Positions 8,275 to 13,403 of a DNA stretch of 13,403 bases are shown here, piece after piece. Location: contig NW_021826717.1 in the NCBI RefSeq assembly GCF_006345805.1, positions 1 through 13,403 on the forward strand. Direction: 5' to 3'. Numbering within the stretch: position 1 is the stretch's first letter; each line of letters begins with the position of its first letter. The notes below the pieces were generated by a model, which worked only from the letters and a program-made list of their open reading frames with translations, ran no database searches and was not told where the DNA came from. The position numbers and the translations under genes were made by a program. This stretch comes from Octopus sinensis. Taxonomy: Eukaryota.

Positions 8275-8439
8275 GACGCAGGAGTGGCTGTGTGGTGAGT
8301 AGCTTGTTAACCAACCACATGGTTCAGGGTTCAGTCCCACTGCGTGGCATCTTGGGCGGGTGTCTTCTGCTATAGCCCCGGGTCGACCGAAGCCTTGTGA
8401 GTGGATTTGGTAAACGGAAACTGAAAGAAGCCTGTCGTA

Positions 8440-8518
<79 letters not shown>

Positions 8519-8724
8519 TGTGTGTGTCTGTGTTTGTCCCCCTAGCATTGCTTGACAACCGATGCTGGTGTGTTTATGTCCCCGACACTTAGCGGTTCGG
8601 CAAAAGAGACCGATAGAATAAGTACTGGGCTTACAAAGAATAAGTCCCGGGGTCGATTGTTCGACTAAAAGGCGGTGCTCCAGCATGGGCCGCAGTCAAA
8701 TGACTGAAACAAGTAAAAGAGAGT
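8275..8724 (+). mobile_element. Full-length major-family SINE (young)
   Basis: Colinear with 2323-2765, including internal (TA)n(TG)n and the tail tgactgaaacaagtaaaagagag. Confidence 0.9.
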
Positions 8725-8961
8725 ATGCCTGGAGATGCATAGGATAGTTCACGTCACTGTTTTCGGCTAGATACATTAACACCGATGTAAACGTCGTCGT
8801 CATCACATTATATTTGATATGTTGACTGTTTCATCAACTCTGGTATTCGGAGAAGAACAAGGAGATGTGTGAAGGTAAGAAACAATAGACGGTGGGTTCT
8901 GTGAGTTTTGATCAATGTACCCCAGGAATTTGGACATATATTAAGTCTTAGGGGAATTATA

Positions 8962-8992
<31 letters not shown>

Positions 8993-8996
<4 letters not shown>

Positions 8997-9188
8997 ATCC
9001 AAACAAGAAAACAAAAAGACAACAACGCAAGGACGTGAAACAAATAAAGTATTATTGGACGCTCAGGAAAGAAGGGAAGAAGGAGGGTTTGACGTTTCGA
9101 GCGGAGCTCTTCGTCGAAACATAGGAGAAGGAAAGATCCAGAGAAGGGAAGACAGAGGGAAAAAAACGCTATGGTACAGACGAGGTCA
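8993..9188 (-). mobile_element. Probable Penelope-like element pLTR fragment between microsatellites
   Basis: Unique cassette of about 195 bp bounded by (TA)n (8964-8992) and (CA)/(TA)n (9188-9257). Contains a minimal hammerhead-like motif. Confidence 0.55.
9087..9120 (-). ncRNA. Minimal type-I hammerhead ribozyme-like motif (core lacks U4)
   Basis: Minus strand: GTTT-C(-)GACGAA-GAGC-TCC-GCTC-GAA-ACGT-C-AAAC. Stem I GTTT/AAAC, stem II GAGC/GCTC, palindromic ACGT in place of helix III, GUC triplet. Confidence 0.6.
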
Positions 9189-9206
9189 CACACACACACC
9201 ACACCC

Positions 9207-9256
<50 letters not shown>

Positions 9257-9338
9257 CCTATACTCGCGATTCACGAGATAAAAATTCATTTCAATAATCT
9301 ATGCATGTGTTGTGTGTGTATATGTATGTGTGTGTGTG

Positions 9339-9725
9339 GGAGGCGCAATGGCCCAGTGGTTAGGGCAGCGGACTCGCGGTCATAGGATCGCGGTTTCGAT
9401 TCCCAGACCGGGCGTTGTGAGTGTTTATTGAGCAAAAACACCTAAAGCTCCACGAGGCTCCGGCAGGGGATGGTGGTGATCCCTACTGTACTCTTTCACC
9501 ACAACCTTCTCTCAGTCTTACTTCCTGTTTCTGTTGTACCTGTATTTCAAAGGGCCGGCCTTGTCACTCTCTGTGTCACGCTGAATATCCCCGAGAACTA
9601 CGTTAAGGGTACACGTGTCTGTGGAGTGCTCAGCCACTTACACGTTAATTTCACGAGCAGGCTGTTCCGTTGATTCGGATCAACCGGAACCCTTGTCGTC
9701 GTAACCGACGGAGTGCTTCCATCCA
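9339..9725 (+). mobile_element. Young tRNA(Arg)-derived SINE inserted in (TG)n
   Basis: A box TGGCCCAGTGG, anticodon-arm-like gcggacTCGcggtc, B box GGTTTCGATTCC. 3' hairpins gttccgttgat..atcaaccggaac and cgtcg-taac-cgacg, tail (TCCA)2, TG repeats on both sides. Possibly one of the published octopus OR1/OR2 tRNA-Arg SINEs (not verified). Confidence 0.8.
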
Positions 9726-9741
9726 TGTGTGTGTGTGTGTG

Positions 9742-9774
<33 letters not shown>

Positions 9775-10228
9775 TGTGTGTGTGTGTAATAATCACTCAC
9801 TATTCTCACTTCATCTAAACCTGTGACGGATGTCCTCGTATTAATGCGCGCGTGCATATGTGTTGATGTGCAACTGTTTGTTGTTATTGTTTCACAACAT
9901 TGTAGACGATCTATAAAAGAAAGTTTATTTTAAAAGGGTATTTTATAAGGCATCCAAAATGTACGTATCGTTAGAGCGTCTTCGAACAGTCTAAGAAGTG
10001 AAATTTCCTCACTGACGAACCACGTCTCGATGAAGTCATGTAATATACATGATAAACATACATAGTCCGCTATTTAGAAATTTTTGATCAATACCAAATT
10101 TATTCTAGTTTCGAAAGCAACTTCAGAATTCGAGCATAACATGCAATATTTATTTATCGATGGACCAACTTGTTCACTCACCACAGAGCATCGTTTTTTT
10201 TTTTTTTTTCATATATCTTTGACATACA

Positions 10229-10423
10229 TCTTACTTGTTTCAGTCACTGAACTGCAGTCTTGCTGGGACACCGCCTTGGAGGATGTAGTAAAACAAATTA
10301 ACGCCAGTATTTATTTTTGAAGTCTATTACTCATTCTACCGTCCTCTTTTGCTGAGGGGACGCAAGCAAAACAGCAGTACTTTTCCAGCGATGATGGGAG
10401 AACAAGCACCACGACAAACACGT

Positions 10424-10425
<2 letters not shown>
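10229..10425 (-). mobile_element. 3' half of diverged major-family SINE
   Basis: ttacttgtttcagtca...gctgggacaccgcctt is the reverse complement of the family tail. Confidence 0.75.
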
Positions 10426-10469
<44 letters not shown>

Positions 10470-10741
10470 GAATAAAAAAAGGAGTTAACGCAGGTGTAAT
10501 CAAATATTTTTACTTTCGAGACATGTTTCGAAAATTCCACTGATACTATTCAAAAGAATAAATGGTATAAACAATGCAATCTTCTCCTCAGGAAAGTGGA
10601 AAAAAACGAAACTCATCAATAACAACACCTTTACTTTTATAAACAATGAGTTACAACACCTTTACTTGTGAGATTTTTGCTGCCCTGGTAACTATTTTTT
10701 TTTTCCGTCTTAATTGTTAACAAGGTAAAAATACTATCATT

Positions 10742-10742
<1 letters not shown>
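10470..10742 (-). mobile_element. Probable Penelope-like pLTR/retrozyme-type cassette inside a SINE's internal (TA)n
   Basis: Unique segment of about 270 bp bounded by (CA)(TA)n (10425-10469) and (TA)n (10742-10830). Lies between the two halves of a SINE and contains a hammerhead-like motif. Confidence 0.5.
10512..10597 (-). ncRNA. Minimal type-I hammerhead ribozyme-like motif with extended stem II
   Basis: Minus strand: ACTTTC-CTGAGGA-GAAGATT...AATTTTC-GAA-ACATGT-C-(TC)-GAAAGT. Intact CUGANGA/GAAA core, palindromic ACATGT, GUC triplet, 6-bp stem I offset by 2 nt. Stem II continues CATTG/CAGTG, ATAC/GTAT, TATTC/GAATA with a TTTT loop. Confidence 0.65.
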
Positions 10743-10773
<31 letters not shown>

Positions 10774-10782
10774 ATATATATC

Positions 10783-10814
<32 letters not shown>

Positions 10815-10870
10815 ATATATATATATCTATATGAGTGTGTGTGTGTGATATATATATGTATGTATGTATA

Positions 10871-11033
10871 TACGACGGGCTTCTTCAAAGTTTCCGTGCA
10901 CCAGATTCACTCGCAAAGCATTGGTTGACCCGGATCCACAATAGAAAACACTTGTTCAGGGTGCCATGCCGTGGACTGCACCTGAAACTACGTAGTTACA
11001 AAGCGGATTTCTTAACCACACAATATCTGCACC
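10871..11033 (-). mobile_element. 5' half of diverged major-family SINE
   Basis: tacgacgggcttcttc..gtttccgt...agaaaacacttgttcagggtgcca...cttaaccacac is the reverse complement of the family head and body. Confidence 0.8.
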
Positions 11034-11056
11034 TAAATAATTGTATTTTGTTTTTA

Positions 11057-11445
11057 TCTTTTACTTGTTTCAATCATTAGACTGCGGTCATGCTGGAACA
11101 CCGCCTTGGAAATATTTTAGTCGAATGAATCGACCCCATCCCCAGTGCTTAATTTCTTAAAATCTGGTACTTATTTTATCGGCCTCTTTGCGGAACCACT
11201 AAGTTACGGAAACGTAAATACACTAACACCGGTTGTCAAGCGATCGTGGAAGACAAACACAGACATGAACACGCAAACACATCTACAACGGACTTGTTTC
11301 ATTTCCCTTCTACCAAATCCACTCATGCTTTGGTCGACCCGGAGCTCTAGTAGAAGACACATGTCCAAGGTGCCACACAGTGGGATTGAACCTGGAAATA
11401 TGTCGTTTGAAAGTAAACTTCTTATCACACTGCCATGCCTGCGCC
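11057..11445 (-). mobile_element. Full-length diverged major-family SINE
   Basis: Reverse complement of tail (ttttacttgtttcaatca), body (taccaaatccactca, agaagacac.tgtccaaggtgcca), B box (ggattgaacc) and head (gccatgcctgcgcc). Confidence 0.88.
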
Positions 11446-11542
11446 TATGTATTTATCAGTTTGCGAGGGAGTGGAGAGAGCACTAGCGTCCGCGGCTCAT
11501 TTGTTTTTTAACTGGTCAGTCATTGGTTCATTATATTTGTGA

Positions 11543-11936
11543 CTAGCAGTATCGCCCGGCGTTGCTCGGGTTTGTAAGGGAAATAACTATATAAGCATTT
11601 TTAGAGAGTTATAGCCAAAATAGAACAAAATGCATTAAAAATGGAAAAAATTAATGGTATTTTTTTTAAATCGTTGACTCATCGTAGACATTTTTAGAGA
11701 GTTACTTACTTCCCTTATATAATAGCGAAAAAATGCATTAAAATGGAAAAAAATGATGGTAAATTTTTTTTAAATCGTAGACTCATCGTAGACGCGCGCT
11801 AATAACCAGAAGGGCTCGATATGAATCACGACTATAAGAAACCCGCTTTTGGTTACACTGCACCGCAAAATGTGGGAGTAGTTTGGAATCTAAATCGTAG
11901 GAGACAGACACACAACCTTACTTTTATATATAAAGA
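11543..11936 (-). mobile_element. Non-autonomous Helitron family B, copy 1
   Basis: Minus strand starts TCTTTATATATAAAAG and ends CCCGAGCAACGCCGGGCGATACTGCTAG|T. Internal imperfect duplication of about 95-105 bp (11597-11688 / 11689-11793). Confidence 0.9.
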
Positions 11937-12445
11937 CTAGCAGTATCGCCCGGCGTTGCTCGGGTTTGTAAGGGAAATAACTATATAAGAATTTTTAGAG
12001 AGTTACTTCCCTTATAGATGCCAATTCGGGCTTTCTTAGCCATTTCTGTTTTGGTGTCTTCAAGCCATGAAGTCGTTGTTCTAAAAGAACGCTGGTCTCC
12101 TTGACAACGCTTTACGACGTTGATTTCCTTACACTCCCTTCCCCACAGCTTCACGAGGGAGGGAAGAAGGGGAGAAGCAAACAGGTGCAGGTGTGACCAT
12201 GGACGCCAACTCCGCCGCTATCGACACACCGAAAATTATGCATTAAAAATGGAATAAAAAATGATGTTAAATTATTTTTAAAATCGTAGACTCATCGTAG
12301 ACGCGCGCTAATACTCAGACGGGCTCGATATGAATCACGACTATAAGATACCCGAATTTGGTTAAACTGCACCGCAAAATGTGGGAGTAGTTAGGAATCT
12401 AAATCGTAGGAGACAGACACACAACCTTACTTTTATATATAAAGA
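11937..12445 (-). mobile_element. Non-autonomous Helitron family B, copy 2 (variant interior)
   Basis: Same termini. Abuts copy 1 with no intervening base and is preceded by A on the minus strand. Carries about 213 bp (12017-12229) absent from copies 1 and 3. Confidence 0.9.
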
Positions 12446-12748
12446 TATTCTATCCGACGCTGTACTGAGAGCGCCAATTCGCCATTAAAAGCAGAGTAAA
12501 CATGCACTGAGCCCGGAGTTAAACGACAGTGATCGGAGACATACATTACTAGACTGAGCTGGAGATCAAGGCAAAAATCTCCTGATAAAGTCATCAAGGT
12601 TTCAAAAGATAACTCCTATATTGTGATAGATAATTCGATCCTTACTCACTAAAAACATCGACCCAGTGTAGGCGGAGGCGAGAATCAGTCAATTTAGAAT
12701 GATTTTGGGAGGGAAATAAGCAGGATTTGGCGTATGAAAGTTAAGATA

Positions 12749-13150
12749 TCTTTATATATAAAAGTGAAGTTGTGTGTCTGTCTCCTACGATTTAGATTCC
12801 TAACTACTCCCACATTTTGCGGTGCAGTTTAACCAAAACCGGGTATCTTATAGTCGTCATTCATATCGAGCCCTTCTGGGTATTAGCGCGCGTCTACGAT
12901 GTGTCTACGATTTTAAAAATAATTTACCATCATTTTTTTCCATTTTAATGCATTTTTTCGCTATTATATAAGGGAAGTAACTCTCTAAAAATGTCTACGA
13001 TGAGTCAACGATTTAAAAAAAAAATGACCATCATTTTTTTTCCATTTTTAATGCATTTTTTTTTTTGCTATCTTTTTGCTATAACTCTCTAAAAATGCTT
13101 ATATAGTTATTTCCCTTACAAACCCGAGCAACGCCGGGCAATACTGCTAG
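12749..13150 (+). mobile_element. Non-autonomous Helitron family B, copy 3
   Basis: A|TCTTTATATATAAAAG ... CCCGAGCAACGCCGGGCAATACTGCTAG|T. Reverse complement of copy 1 at high identity, including the internal duplication. Confidence 0.92.
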
Positions 13151-13403
13151 TTTATAATAAAAATAAACGTATGCAAAAACATAAAATTATATCTAGGCTT
13201 ACAGCTCTAGATACCGCTCCCAAAGAGATAGATTATCATACGTACCCCAGTCTTATGCAAAGTTCTTCCGTTTGTTTTCATAGCACAACTTACACAGTAC
13301 ACACTTTCTACACATCACACATCAATACCCCATAGTATAAACACTCAATAAAAATCTCAAATAACATCTCTCCTAACACATACTCTACCGAATCGTCACC
13401 AAA

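Noticed and set aside
8771-8880. Strong donor AAG|GTAAGA with upstream frame CFINSGIRRRTRRCVK (TSP1-like)
   Set aside because: The nearest plausible acceptor (8770) gives stops in all three frames, and no acceptor lies upstream of the TSP1-like codons within the open stretch.
9339-9415. tRNA-Arg(TCG)-like sequence
   Set aside because: Acceptor stem is incomplete and it continues into a SINE body, so it is a SINE head, not a tRNA gene.
10012-10042. CTGACGA-ACC...GAT-GAAG hammerhead-like start
   Set aside because: Stem II is mismatched, GAAA is broken and there is no stem I. At most a dead remnant.

Overview
Eukaryotic, AT-rich, microsatellite-dense non-coding DNA. The SINE families and repeat style point to an octopus (coleoid cephalopod) genome; this is an inference from recognition, not a search. 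No host protein-coding gene can be supported, and most ORF-track entries are microsatellite translations. The window is a stack of transposon relics: about ten tRNA-derived SINEs of at least four families, three RTE-type LINE 3' fragments (one nested in another with an 11-bp TSD, one with a 3x98-bp internal tandem), a mariner relic with an internally inverted transposase, and four non-autonomous Helitrons (TC...hairpin-CTAG at A/T sites), including a perfect head-to-tail junction and an inverted pair. The least-explained signals are short unique cassettes embedded in (TA)n tracts. Two carry minimal type-I hammerhead-ribozyme-like motifs typical of Penelope-like elements (9087-9120 and 10512-10597, both minus strand), and two are long AT-rich fold-back palindromes (207-344, 3785-3988).
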